The notes beneath the pieces are model-generated. The model saw only the letters and a program-made list of their open reading frames with translations. It was not told the origin of the DNA and ran no database searches. Positions 27,495 through 36,290 of a stretch of DNA of 52,631 nt are shown here, piece by piece. This DNA comes from Bacteroidetes bacterium HGW-Bacteroidetes-21. Its GTDB lineage: Bacteria > Bacteroidota > Bacteroidia > Bacteroidales > GWA2-32-17. Position 1 is the stretch's first letter. Each line of letters begins with the position of its first letter. The stretch is taken from contig PHDH01000005.1 of assembly GCA_002840935.1 (NCBI GenBank), forward strand, positions 1-52,631, written 5' to 3'. Both the position numbers and the translations under genes were made by a program.

Positions 27495-29567
27495 ATGAAA
27501 TCATTTTTTGTAATTATCATACTATCCTCTTTCTTTTTGAACCTTTCAGCGCAAGATGCAACCCGCTTATGCGATACCTGGGAGATAAATCAAAGAGCGA
27601 TGAAGCTAAATCCCAACGCAAAAAAAGCAATACAGGATCTAAAAGATTTTACTTCAACGTATAAAGAAAACGGAAAGCAAGTTTACATTATTCCTGTTGT
27701 CTTTCACGTTGTACATAATTATGGAACCGAAAACATTTCCAAAGAACAAATACTGGATGCTATCAATGTATTGAACGAAGATTTTCGTTTAAGAAATCTG
27801 GACACCATGTACATTGTATCTCAGTTTAAGGGAATTGCTGCCGACTGCACCATTGAGTTCCGTTTGGCTAAAATAGACCCTAATGGAAATTGTACCGACG
27901 GTATTGAAAGAATCGTCTCTCCACTTACAAAAAATGCCAACGAAGACACAAAAATGGCAGCCCCTGCCTGGCCCAGAGACAAATATCTTAATGTATGGAC
28001 TGTTGCCTCCATCGAAAGCGGTGCTGCAGGATATTCATATTACCCAGGATCGGTTGATGGAAGTTGGGGTGAAGATGTAGATGGTGTTCTTTTACTCAGC
28101 AATTATTTGGGAAGTATCGGCACCAGTCAACCCAGCCATAAAAGAACCCTAACACACGAAATAGGTCATTATCTGAATCTCATGCACCCCTGGGGAAACT
28201 CCAATAGTCCCGGTATTGCTGATAATTGCTATGAAGATGACGAAGTTACTGATACTCCAAATACAATTGGCCATACAACCTGCAGTATTACCGCCGAAAC
28301 CTGCGGATCTTTGGACAATGTTCAAAATTATATGGAATACTCCTATTGTGGCGTCATGTTTACTTTAGGTCAAAGAGATAGAATGCATGCTGCACTGAAT
28401 AGCACTACCGCAGAAAGAAATAATCTTTGGACTACAGCAAATCTCATTGCCACAGGAACCAACGACAATTATACCGGCCCGGATTGTATTCCTGTAGTCG
28501 ATTTTAAAGCAATACCTTATAGTGGTTGCATGGGTTACAATGTAACATTTACCGACTTTTCGTGGAACACCGACACCATTAGCAGTTATAACTGGTCTTT
28601 CCCTGGCGGAAATCCCGCTTCTTCAAATCTGGCTCAACCGGTAGTTACTTATGACACCCCGGGCATTTACAATGTAACGCTCCAAGCTGGAAACGCCACA
28701 GGATCAGCCAGCATGACCAAAACTGCATATATCTCTTCTATAGACACAACAACCGGTCTCAATATCCCTATTATAGAAGGGTTCGAAAATGTAACATTCC
28801 CATTAGCGTCTTTTGCTGATGAAAATTGGACTACAACAAAAACGGGCAACTATGGTTGGCAACGATTAGCCACGGTTTCTTATAGTGGAACGGCCTGTTT
28901 GTCTGTCAGAAATAACGGAAATAATATCGGGGATGAATCTGTACTAATTTCTCCCAACATTTTAACAGATACGCTTGGGGTCAATGCTATGATTAAGTTT
29001 AATCTGGCTTATGCCAAATCAAGCGCGGAATCTTCCGAAATTCTTAGAATGTTTGTTTCTGTTGACTGCGGGGCTACCTGGAAATTACGCTACTCTCGTA
29101 CAGCAGCGAACTTAGTCACCAATGGCGGAGCCTATGTTTCAAACTTTATCCCCACACAAAGTCAGTGGAAAGAAGAGACTGTCTCACTATCAACTTATTC
29201 CGCCTATCCCCATATCATGCTAAAATTCCTTTGTGTAAGCGGAGACGGAAGCCGGTTATACCTCGACAATATTAATTTGGGTGTACCTACTAATATCGAG
29301 TCTACTGTATCAAATCAATTCGGACTAACAGCATATCCTAACCCATTCGAAAAAACGACTCAACTTGAATGGATCTCTTCAGAGCCAGAAAAGATTGCAA
29401 TCTTAATCACTGATGTTACAGGCAAACAAGTTTTTGCTACCAAAACAGAAGCCGTTGAAGGATTGAATCGATTTGCCATCGACCTGACAACTTCTCCCAA
29501 AGGCATTTATTTTGTTAAACTATACTCAAACAAAGAAAGTGCTACAGTTAAACTCATACAATTATAA
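27495..29567 (+). CDS. Secreted zinc metalloprotease (M43/pappalysin-like) with a PKD module and a T9SS type-A sorting domain
   Basis: Signal peptide MKSFFVIIILSSFFLNLSAQ. Zinc site HEIGHYLNLMHPWG at nt 28155-28187 (HExxHxxxxxH spacing, with Asn where metzincins usually have Gly). PKD-like YNWSFPGGNPAS. C-terminus YPNPFEKTTQLEW...GIYFVKLYSNKESATVKLIQL. Confidence 0.85.
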   Translation: MKSFFVIIILSSFFLNLSAQDATRLCDTWEINQRAMKLNPNAKKAIQDLKDFTSTYKENGKQVYIIPVVFHVVHNYGTENISKEQILDAINVLNEDFRLRNLDTMYIVSQFKGIAADCTIEFRLAKIDPNGNCTDGIERIVSPLTKNANEDTKMAAPAWPRDKYLNVWTVASIESGAAGYSYYPGSVDGSWGEDVDGVLLLSNYLGSIGTSQPSHKRTLTHEIGHYLNLMHPWGNSNSPGIADNCYEDDEVTDTPNTIGHTTCSITAETCGSLDNVQNYMEYSYCGVMFTLGQRDRMHAALNSTTAERNNLWTTANLIATGTNDNYTGPDCIPVVDFKAIPYSGCMGYNVTFTDFSWNTDTISSYNWSFPGGNPASSNLAQPVVTYDTPGIYNVTLQAGNATGSASMTKTAYISSIDTTTGLNIPIIEGFENVTFPLASFADENWTTTKTGNYGWQRLATVSYSGTACLSVRNNGNNIGDESVLISPNILTDTLGVNAMIKFNLAYAKSSAESSEILRMFVSVDCGATWKLRYSRTAANLVTNGGAYVSNFIPTQSQWKEETVSLSTYSAYPHIMLKFLCVSGDGSRLYLDNINLGVPTNIESTVSNQFGLTAYPNPFEKTTQLEWISSEPEKIAILITDVTGKQVFATKTEAVEGLNRFAIDLTTSPKGIYFVKLYSNKESATVKLIQL

Positions 29568-29595
29568 AGGCCTTGTTTTTGCTAATAACAGCCTT

Positions 29596-30759
29596 ATGAA
29601 AATTTGGCTAATCAATATTCTATTGCTGATTTCTACCGGACTGACAGCTCAAATTATTACTGGAGCCGAAAGGACAGAAGAATACCTGCCGCTTCTTAAA
29701 GAAAAGCGCATTGCTTTTGCAGGTAATCATACTTCCATGATTAAAAATATATCTGTGGTCGATAGTCTCCTTTCCTGCGGTATTAACGTAGTAAAAATAT
29801 TTTCTCCAGAACATGGATTCCGGGGCACTGAAGATGCAGGTAAAACAATTCAGACGATAAAAGACAGTAAGACAGGCTTACCTGTTATTTCATTATATGG
29901 CAAAAGCAAAAAGCCACAGGCTTCTGATCTAGAAGATATCGACATTATCGTCTTTGACATTCAGGATGTTGGCGTTAGATATTTTACCTATATCTCAACT
30001 ATGCACTATCTAATGGAAGCTTGTGCTGAGAATAAAAAAACGCTGATAATTCTCGATCGCCCTAACCCCAACGGTTATTATATTGACGGACCAGTTCTGG
30101 ATACAGCCTTTCGCTCCTTCGTGGGAATGCATCCCGTTCCCATCGTTCATGGTATGACCATTGGCGAATTTGCCCAAATGATTAACGGAGAAGGCTGGTT
30201 AGGAAAAAATCTGACCTGTGAATTAAAAGTCATTCCCTGCAAAAATTACACACATCAGACAATATATACCTTGCCGGTAAAACCCTCCCCCAATTTATCC
30301 AGTTCAAGAGCTATAGAACTCTATTCAACCCTTTGTCTTTTTGAAGGCACTCCTTTAAGCGTTGGCAGAGGCACACCATTTCCCTTTCAGGTAGTAGGAC
30401 ATCCCAGTTTGAAAGGAAAAACCGAAAGCAATTTCAATTTCACACCCGTCCCAACAGCTGGAGCAACAAATCCACCACTAAAAGATCAACTCTGTTATGG
30501 TTACGATTTCTCACAAAAGAATTGGATAGACACTATTCCCGGAATCAAACTTGAATTGATAATTGATGTTTACAAAAATTTCCCCGACAAAAACCTCTTC
30601 TTCAATAAAAACCTCTTCTTTGATAAACTTGCCGGAAATTCTGCTTTAAGAAAAGCCATTATTGGCGGGAAATCTGCCAGCGAAATCCGTGAAGGTTGGC
30701 AAAAAGATTTGGAATTATTCCGTCGTATGAGAGCCAAATATTTACTGTATCCCGATTAA
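29596..30759 (+). CDS. DUF1343-family protein (NamZ-like exo-beta-N-acetylmuramidase)
   Basis: Signal peptide MKIWLINILLLISTGLTAQ from ATG 29596; the track start 29512 overlaps the upstream gene. Motifs match DUF1343/NamZ: IFSPEHGFRGTEDAG, ISLYG, DIIVFDIQDVGVRYFTYISTM and RPNPNGYYIDGP. Confidence 0.8.
   Translation: MKIWLINILLLISTGLTAQIITGAERTEEYLPLLKEKRIAFAGNHTSMIKNISVVDSLLSCGINVVKIFSPEHGFRGTEDAGKTIQTIKDSKTGLPVISLYGKSKKPQASDLEDIDIIVFDIQDVGVRYFTYISTMHYLMEACAENKKTLIILDRPNPNGYYIDGPVLDTAFRSFVGMHPVPIVHGMTIGEFAQMINGEGWLGKNLTCELKVIPCKNYTHQTIYTLPVKPSPNLSSSRAIELYSTLCLFEGTPLSVGRGTPFPFQVVGHPSLKGKTESNFNFTPVPTAGATNPPLKDQLCYGYDFSQKNWIDTIPGIKLELIIDVYKNFPDKNLFFNKNLFFDKLAGNSALRKAIIGGKSASEIREGWQKDLELFRRMRAKYLLYPD
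30589..30624 (+). repeat. In-frame 18-bp tandem duplication in the NamZ-like gene
   Basis: AAAAACCTCTTCTTCAAT (30589-30606) followed by AAAAACCTCTTCTTTGAT (30607-30624), 16 of 18 identical. It encodes KNLFFN-KNLFFD. Confidence 0.9.
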
Positions 30760-30788
30760 TTCAAAAGATAAATATCCGGCAAAAACAG

Positions 30789-30796
30789 TAAATTTG
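30789..30796 (+). promoter_or_regulatory. Putative -7 promoter box (TAAATTTG) for the aminotransferase/mtgA pair
   Basis: Exact TAnnTTTG match 16 nt upstream of ATG 30812. It overlaps the track's TTG start (30794), which argues against that start. Confidence 0.35.
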
Positions 30797-30811
30797 CAGC
30801 AAATATTCTCT

Positions 30812-31939
30812 ATGCATTCCATTAAAATGGTCGACCTTCATGGTCAGTACACTAAAATTAAAGCCGAGATTGATCAGGCAATACAGAAGGTTATTGACAA
30901 TACTTCTTTTGTCAAAGGGGAAGATGTTCAGCTATTTGAGGCTGAATTGGGCAATTATCTTGGAATCGACCATGTGATTGCCTGTGCCAATGGAACAGAT
31001 GCATTGCAGATTGCATTAATGGCATTGGATTTAAAACCGGGCGACGAAGTCATTACCGCTGATTTTACATTTATTGCTACCGCGGAAGTTATTGCTTTAC
31101 TTGGACTAAAACCTGTATTAGTAGATGTAGACCCTGAGACTTTTTTGATTGACACCCAACTAATTGAAAAAAATATAACACCTCGTACAAAAGCCATTAT
31201 ACCGGTACATCTTTTTGGTCAGATAGCCAATATGGACGAGATAATGCGCATTGCCCAAAAACATCGTTTGTTTGTCATTGAAGATAACGCCCAGGCTATT
31301 GGCGCTGACTATTATGGGAGTATTAACAAAAAAGCAGGAACCATTGGACATATCGGTTGCACTTCCTTTTTCCCCTCCAAAAATCTGGGCTGCTTTGGCG
31401 ATGGGGGGGCTCTTTTCACAAACGACGAAAAACTGGCAACCCGAATTCGCTCTGTGGCAAATCACGGAATGACCCGTCGTTACTATCACGATGATATTGG
31501 CATTAATTCGCGCCTGGATGGTATTCAGGCGGCAATTCTGCGCGTCAAACTAAAATACCTTGACGATTATAATTCACAGCGGGCAAATGCAGCCAGTATC
31601 TATGATTCATTGCTTGGAGACATTTCAGAAATTACTGTTCCAAACAGAACCCCATTAAGCAATCATATTTTTCACCAATACACATTAAAGGGAGATGGTT
31701 TTGATCGCGAAGCCTTTATCCAATTTCTGAAAGAAAAAGGAGTCCCTTGCATGATATACTACCCTGTGCCTTTGCATATGCAAAAAGCTTATCTGCACTA
31801 TGATTTTGACAATAATGCTTTTCCTGTGACGGACGCATTATGTAAAACGGTCTTTTCTCTGCCCATGCACACCGAACTGACATTGGCCGAGCAAACATAT
31901 ATGGCAAATTGCATCAAAGAATTTTTCCTGAAAGCCTGA
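30812..31939 (+). CDS. DegT/DnrJ/EryC1/StrS-family PLP-dependent sugar aminotransferase
   Basis: KMVDLHGQYTKIKAEID start region, ACANGTDALQIAL, and the PLP-lysine context FFPSKNLGCFGDGGALFT. Confidence 0.9.
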   Translation: MHSIKMVDLHGQYTKIKAEIDQAIQKVIDNTSFVKGEDVQLFEAELGNYLGIDHVIACANGTDALQIALMALDLKPGDEVITADFTFIATAEVIALLGLKPVLVDVDPETFLIDTQLIEKNITPRTKAIIPVHLFGQIANMDEIMRIAQKHRLFVIEDNAQAIGADYYGSINKKAGTIGHIGCTSFFPSKNLGCFGDGGALFTNDEKLATRIRSVANHGMTRRYYHDDIGINSRLDGIQAAILRVKLKYLDDYNSQRANAASIYDSLLGDISEITVPNRTPLSNHIFHQYTLKGDGFDREAFIQFLKEKGVPCMIYYPVPLHMQKAYLHYDFDNNAFPVTDALCKTVFSLPMHTELTLAEQTYMANCIKEFFLKA

Positions 31940-32700
31940 TGAAAAAGAAAAGAACGTTGTGGCAAAAAATAAAATGGTTGATTAAATGGTCGGTCATCTT
32001 TTTTTTCGGCTCCACCCTTTTAGCCGTAGTAATTTTTAAATTTGTCCCAGTTCCCGCAACTCCACTGATGGTCATCCGTTTAGCCGAACAAATAACCTCC
32101 GACAAACCTGTTGTTTGGGAAAAAGACTGGGTTTCAATTGATGAGATATCCCCAAACATGTGGCAGGCAGTTATTGCCGGCGAAGATCAACGATTCATGG
32201 AACACTATGGATTCGACTTTGAATCAATGCAAAAAGCATTTAAGCACAACAAAAAAGGGAAAAAAATAAGAGGAGGAAGTACTGTCAGTCAGCAAACAGC
32301 TAAAAATGTCTTTCTATGGCCTAAAAGATCTTATGTTCGCAAAGCATTCGAAGCATATTTTACAGCCCTCATCGAAATGATCTGGGGCAAAGAAAGGATA
32401 ATGGAAGTTTACCTAAACATTGTGGAACTTGGGAACGGCATTTATGGTTGTGAAGCCGCGGCACAGCACTACTTTAAAAAACCCGCATCAAAACTGACAA
32501 AAGCTGAAGCAGCCATGATAGCGGGAATGCTACCTTCTCCATTAAAATCAAATCCCAAAAACCCCAACGGTTCTCTTATCAGACGTCGCGATCACATTCT
32601 GCAACAAATGGGATATTTCCCTCAGATAGATCTCAAAGGCAACAACAACCCCACCATGGAAAAACCGAAGAAAAAGAAATCTTCAAAAAAGAAGAAATAA
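31939..32700 (+). CDS. mtgA: Monofunctional biosynthetic peptidoglycan transglycosylase
   Basis: N-terminal membrane anchor, GT51 motifs AVIAGEDQRFMEHYGFDF and RGGSTVSQQTAKNVFLWP. ATG 31939 overlaps the upstream TGA (31937-31939) by 1 nt. It has an unusual Lys-rich tail, KPKKKKSSKKKK. Confidence 0.9.
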   Translation: MKKKRTLWQKIKWLIKWSVIFFFGSTLLAVVIFKFVPVPATPLMVIRLAEQITSDKPVVWEKDWVSIDEISPNMWQAVIAGEDQRFMEHYGFDFESMQKAFKHNKKGKKIRGGSTVSQQTAKNVFLWPKRSYVRKAFEAYFTALIEMIWGKERIMEVYLNIVELGNGIYGCEAAAQHYFKKPASKLTKAEAAMIAGMLPSPLKSNPKNPNGSLIRRRDHILQQMGYFPQIDLKGNNNPTMEKPKKKKSSKKKK

Positions 32701-32751
32701 ACGTCTGGCAAGATTAAAAAAACAAGATTTGATTTTCTATTAAGCTTTTTC

Positions 32752-33507
32752 TCAGGCTTTTCCCATCCATTTCCCAATCACGTCAAGAAACTCTTCTTTC
32801 TTCATACGGGCAATACTCAAATGTGCTCCATTGGTCATTTCAATATAACCTCCATCAGAACGTATATGCTTTTTCATGTAATTTAGGTTCACCAAATGAG
32901 ATTTATGTATCCTGAAAAAACCTTCCTGAGGCAATAATTCTTCAATACTACTCAGACTTTTAGCCACCAGTATGTTTCTTCCATCTGACATAAAAAGATT
33001 ACAATAACTCCTGTCGGCAGATACGTACATGATTTCATCCACCGTTAAAAATTCTGTACTGTCATTAGAGGGCACTGCAATTTTTCGGGTACCTGTATTT
33101 CTTAAATTATAAAGCAGCTCATTCAAATCAGGTGATGATGCTCCGGGGGTTTTCTTGCGATGTTGAATTTTTTCGATTGCGGTTTTAATTTCCTCTATAT
33201 CTACAGGCTTCAAAATATAATCGGCGGCAGAATATTTGATTGCTTTCAGGGCATAATGATTATACGCGGTGACAAAAACCACTTCAAAATCTCTTTCGGG
33301 AAATGCCGTTAAAACATCAAAGCCACTACCTTCGGGAAGCTCAATGTCCAGAAATATTATGTCTGGCTTCAAAAGCTTTATACTTTCAATGGCAGAGACA
33401 ATCGTGTGAGCCGTTCCTTCGACAGTAATATCATGGCAATACTCTTTTATTACCATTTCAAGAATCTGCACAGCACGAGGTTCGTCGTCAATAATTATTG
33501 CTTTCAT
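32752..33507 (-). CDS. LytTR-family two-component response regulator
   Basis: Receiver domain (MKAIIIDDEP...IIFLDIELPEGSG) plus a C-terminal LytTR DNA-binding domain (FFRIHKSHLVNLNYM). ATGA overlap with the upstream kinase gene at 33504-33507. Confidence 0.9.
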   Translation of the reverse strand: MKAIIIDDEPRAVQILEMVIKEYCHDITVEGTAHTIVSAIESIKLLKPDIIFLDIELPEGSGFDVLTAFPERDFEVVFVTAYNHYALKAIKYSAADYILKPVDIEEIKTAIEKIQHRKKTPGASSPDLNELLYNLRNTGTRKIAVPSNDSTEFLTVDEIMYVSADRSYCNLFMSDGRNILVAKSLSSIEELLPQEGFFRIHKSHLVNLNYMKKHIRSDGGYIEMTNGAHLSIARMKKEEFLDVIGKWMGKA

Positions 33508-35468
33508 AATTTAATATTTTCGATTCCCAATGTTATTTCGACACGGGTACCTGATATTTCATTTATGTCGTTTAATACATCACTATAGTCTACACTAAAT
33601 TTACTTTTATATAGCTGGTTGATGAGCGAAATGCGGGTTTCTGTAATACGGGTTCCAAGTGATGGAAATTTCCCACTCTTAGCATTTATCTCTTTGGCTT
33701 TTTCCCTTCCAATTCCGTTATCTTCGATAATACATAACAACTTATTCTCCTGGCGGGATATTCTGATAAGCAAAATTCCATTTTTCCCTTCTTCGAGATT
33801 CATCAACCCATGCCAAATGGCATTCTCAATATAAGGCTGCAAAATAAAAGGAGGAATATTAATACTGCCCGAATCGATATCATCCTCAATTTCAATTGAA
33901 AAATCAAAACGATTCACAAAGCGAAGTTGTTCCAATTCAATGTATGTTTTTAAAGCATCCAGTTCATCTGAAAGAGGAATCACTTCACTCTGAGAGTTAT
34001 TGAGTGTGGTTCGCATCAATCGGGCAAACATACTAAGATATTTATTGGAGGTAACTTTATCGTTCTTTAAAATATAATATTGAATGGAATTCAATGTGTT
34101 AAAGAAAAAGTGAGGATTCATCTGCTGGATCAATGCTTTTTGCATATACAAATTCAATTGTTGTTTGAGATTGAGTTGCTTTTTCTTCTCACGCTGCAAT
34201 ATAAAATGATAAACAAAAACAATAATTAAGATAATTAAAAGCAGAAGTGTTACATACCACAATTTAGAAACGCGTTGACTTTCGATTTCTTGCTCTTTTT
34301 TTGCCAAACTAAGGTTAGAAATCACCTTCTCTTTTTGCAACAAAATAATTTCCTGTGCTCTTTTCTCTGATTCATAAAAGGACTGAAAATCTGACAATTT
34401 TTTCCGGGTATGTTTATCGAACAACGAATCTTTTAAAGTAGCCCATTTTTTATAGTAGGCAAGCGCTGCCGTTGAATTTCCATTCTCCTCAGAGATGGAA
34501 GATAATTCGCGATAGATATCAATAAGATTTGAAGTGTATGAAATTTCGGACGATTTTTGTAATGACATTTTAAAATACTGCTCGGCATCATTTCTTTTAT
34601 TCATCCTTTTGAAACACAAACCAATATAATATAAGTCGCTGGCAATATCCGACTTATTCCTGAAACGGGAATCAATCTCTAATGCTTTCTGGAAATAATT
34701 TAATGCCTCGACATATTTGTTGGTAGCCAAAGATGTTTGACCCAGATTACTGTATCGTATTGCCTGATCCTGTTCATGCCCCAATTTCTGATCCATCTCA
34801 AGCGCCCGGCTAAAAAACTGTAATGCTTCGTTAAATTTTTGCATCTGCAAATACACTTTACCTATATTATTAAGTCGAGCAGGAAGCAGCGATGCATTGG
34901 ATTTTATACTGTCAATTTTTAAAGCTTCACGAAAGAAATCCAATGCCTTAGGATACTGTTCGAAACGAAAATAAACAATCCCAATATTGTTAAGTCGGAT
35001 AGCAATTCGGGACGAATCCCCACTCTTTCTATCAATACTGAGTGCTTCTTTAAAAAAATCTATGGCTTCTGAATAATCCCCGAGATCGGAATAAGCCTGA
35101 CCAATATTGTTATATCTTAAAGCGACATCCTCGGTATTGCCTTCTGCTTTATCGATATCCAACGCACAATTATAATTTTCAATGGCTTTATAATATTCTC
35201 CTTTAAGGTAAAAAAGAACCCCTATTTCATTATATGCATAAGCAATTTCTGATTTTTTTCCCGTCGTACGTGCTTTCGACAACGCTTTAAAAGCAAATTC
35301 AAGAGAAATATCAATATTGGTCTGACGATTACTTGCAGAAAGTTCCATGTAATATGAAAAACTACTGGTATCAGTCTTCAATTCTTTCTCTGGAAGAAGT
35401 AATGCTCTTGCCTGCAGCATACTCAACGAAGCAAAAGCGCATATTATAAAGAAGGTAATTCTTTTCAT
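33504..35468 (-). CDS. TPR-repeat sensor histidine kinase (LytS/YehU-type)
   Basis: Signal peptide and about 8 TPR units (..YNNIGQAYSDLGDYSEAIDFFKEAL..). One TM segment (LWYVTLLLLIILIIVFVYHFIL), the His-kinase motif MNPHFFFNTLNSIQYYI, and ATPase motifs IENAIWHG and IEDNGIG. Confidence 0.9.
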   Translation of the reverse strand: MKRITFFIICAFASLSMLQARALLLPEKELKTDTSSFSYYMELSASNRQTNIDISLEFAFKALSKARTTGKKSEIAYAYNEIGVLFYLKGEYYKAIENYNCALDIDKAEGNTEDVALRYNNIGQAYSDLGDYSEAIDFFKEALSIDRKSGDSSRIAIRLNNIGIVYFRFEQYPKALDFFREALKIDSIKSNASLLPARLNNIGKVYLQMQKFNEALQFFSRALEMDQKLGHEQDQAIRYSNLGQTSLATNKYVEALNYFQKALEIDSRFRNKSDIASDLYYIGLCFKRMNKRNDAEQYFKMSLQKSSEISYTSNLIDIYRELSSISEENGNSTAALAYYKKWATLKDSLFDKHTRKKLSDFQSFYESEKRAQEIILLQKEKVISNLSLAKKEQEIESQRVSKLWYVTLLLLIILIIVFVYHFILQREKKKQLNLKQQLNLYMQKALIQQMNPHFFFNTLNSIQYYILKNDKVTSNKYLSMFARLMRTTLNNSQSEVIPLSDELDALKTYIELEQLRFVNRFDFSIEIEDDIDSGSINIPPFILQPYIENAIWHGLMNLEEGKNGILLIRISRQENKLLCIIEDNGIGREKAKEINAKSGKFPSLGTRITETRISLINQLYKSKFSVDYSDVLNDINEISGTRVEITLGIENIKL

Positions 35469-35580
35469 TTATTTCATTAACAGGTGTAAAGTTAGCACAA
35501 AACTCGCTGAATTGAGGCATGTTTTTCCTAAACGCAGCTTTTTCTTTCCCAATGGATTGATTTTTGATACGAAAATCTTG

Positions 35581-35588
35581 TAACTTTG
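35581..35588 (+). promoter_or_regulatory. Putative -7 promoter box (TAACTTTG) for the OmpA-family/T9SS-cargo gene pair
   Basis: Exact TAnnTTTG match 18 nt upstream of ATG 35606. Confidence 0.35.
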
Positions 35589-35605
35589 TAAAATACAATA
35601 TCATT

Positions 35606-36289
35606 ATGAAAAACATACTCTTTCTTTCATTTTTAATTTTTAGTTGTCAGTTTTCCTTTTCTCAGATTGAACCAACGGAAACAAATGCCCTGCTGAATAT
35701 TTTAATCACCGATTTTGCCAATAAACCTAAGCCTTCCGAAACAGTAATTTTCGTTGGTCAAAAATCAAAAAAAACATTTAAAGCCGTCACTGGAGCCGAC
35801 GGGAAAGCGCAATTACTCATTCCTGAAGGAGATATCTACGATGTCTCCTACCGGGACTTTGTAGAACAAGTTAATTACTCAAAAATTGACATCCCAGTAG
35901 AAATTGGAAAATATACTTACGACTTACAAATAAAGTTTGAACCCGAAAAAGTTTTTACCCTAAAAGATGTTTTCTTTGATACAGGAAAATCAACATTAAA
36001 ACCAGAATCCTCCCCCGCACTCAACGAGCTGGTTGGCTTGCTAAAAGCAAAACCCACCATGAAAATTGAGATTGCCGGCCATACCGACAGCGATGGTGAA
36101 GACGAAACCAATATTAAACTTTCTCAGGGCAGAGCCAATGCCGTAATGAACTATCTCATTAATAAAGGTATTGCATCTTCCCGACTGACCGCCAAAGGAT
36201 ATGGCGAAACTCAACCTGTTGCCGGAAATGATACCGAGAGCGGAAAACAACAAAACAGAAGGACCGAAGTACGAATTATCAGCGAATAA
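35606..36289 (+). CDS. OmpA-family peptidoglycan-binding protein
   Basis: Signal peptide MKNILFLSFLIFSCQFSFSQ from ATG 35606. C-terminal OmpA domain: FDTGKSTLKPES...IEIAGHTDSDGEDETNIKLSQGRANAV..YL...G...SRLTAKGYGETQPV..N.....QQNRRTEVRI. Confidence 0.9.
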   Translation: MKNILFLSFLIFSCQFSFSQIEPTETNALLNILITDFANKPKPSETVIFVGQKSKKTFKAVTGADGKAQLLIPEGDIYDVSYRDFVEQVNYSKIDIPVEIGKYTYDLQIKFEPEKVFTLKDVFFDTGKSTLKPESSPALNELVGLLKAKPTMKIEIAGHTDSDGEDETNIKLSQGRANAVMNYLINKGIASSRLTAKGYGETQPVAGNDTESGKQQNRRTEVRIISE

Positions 36290-36290
36290 A

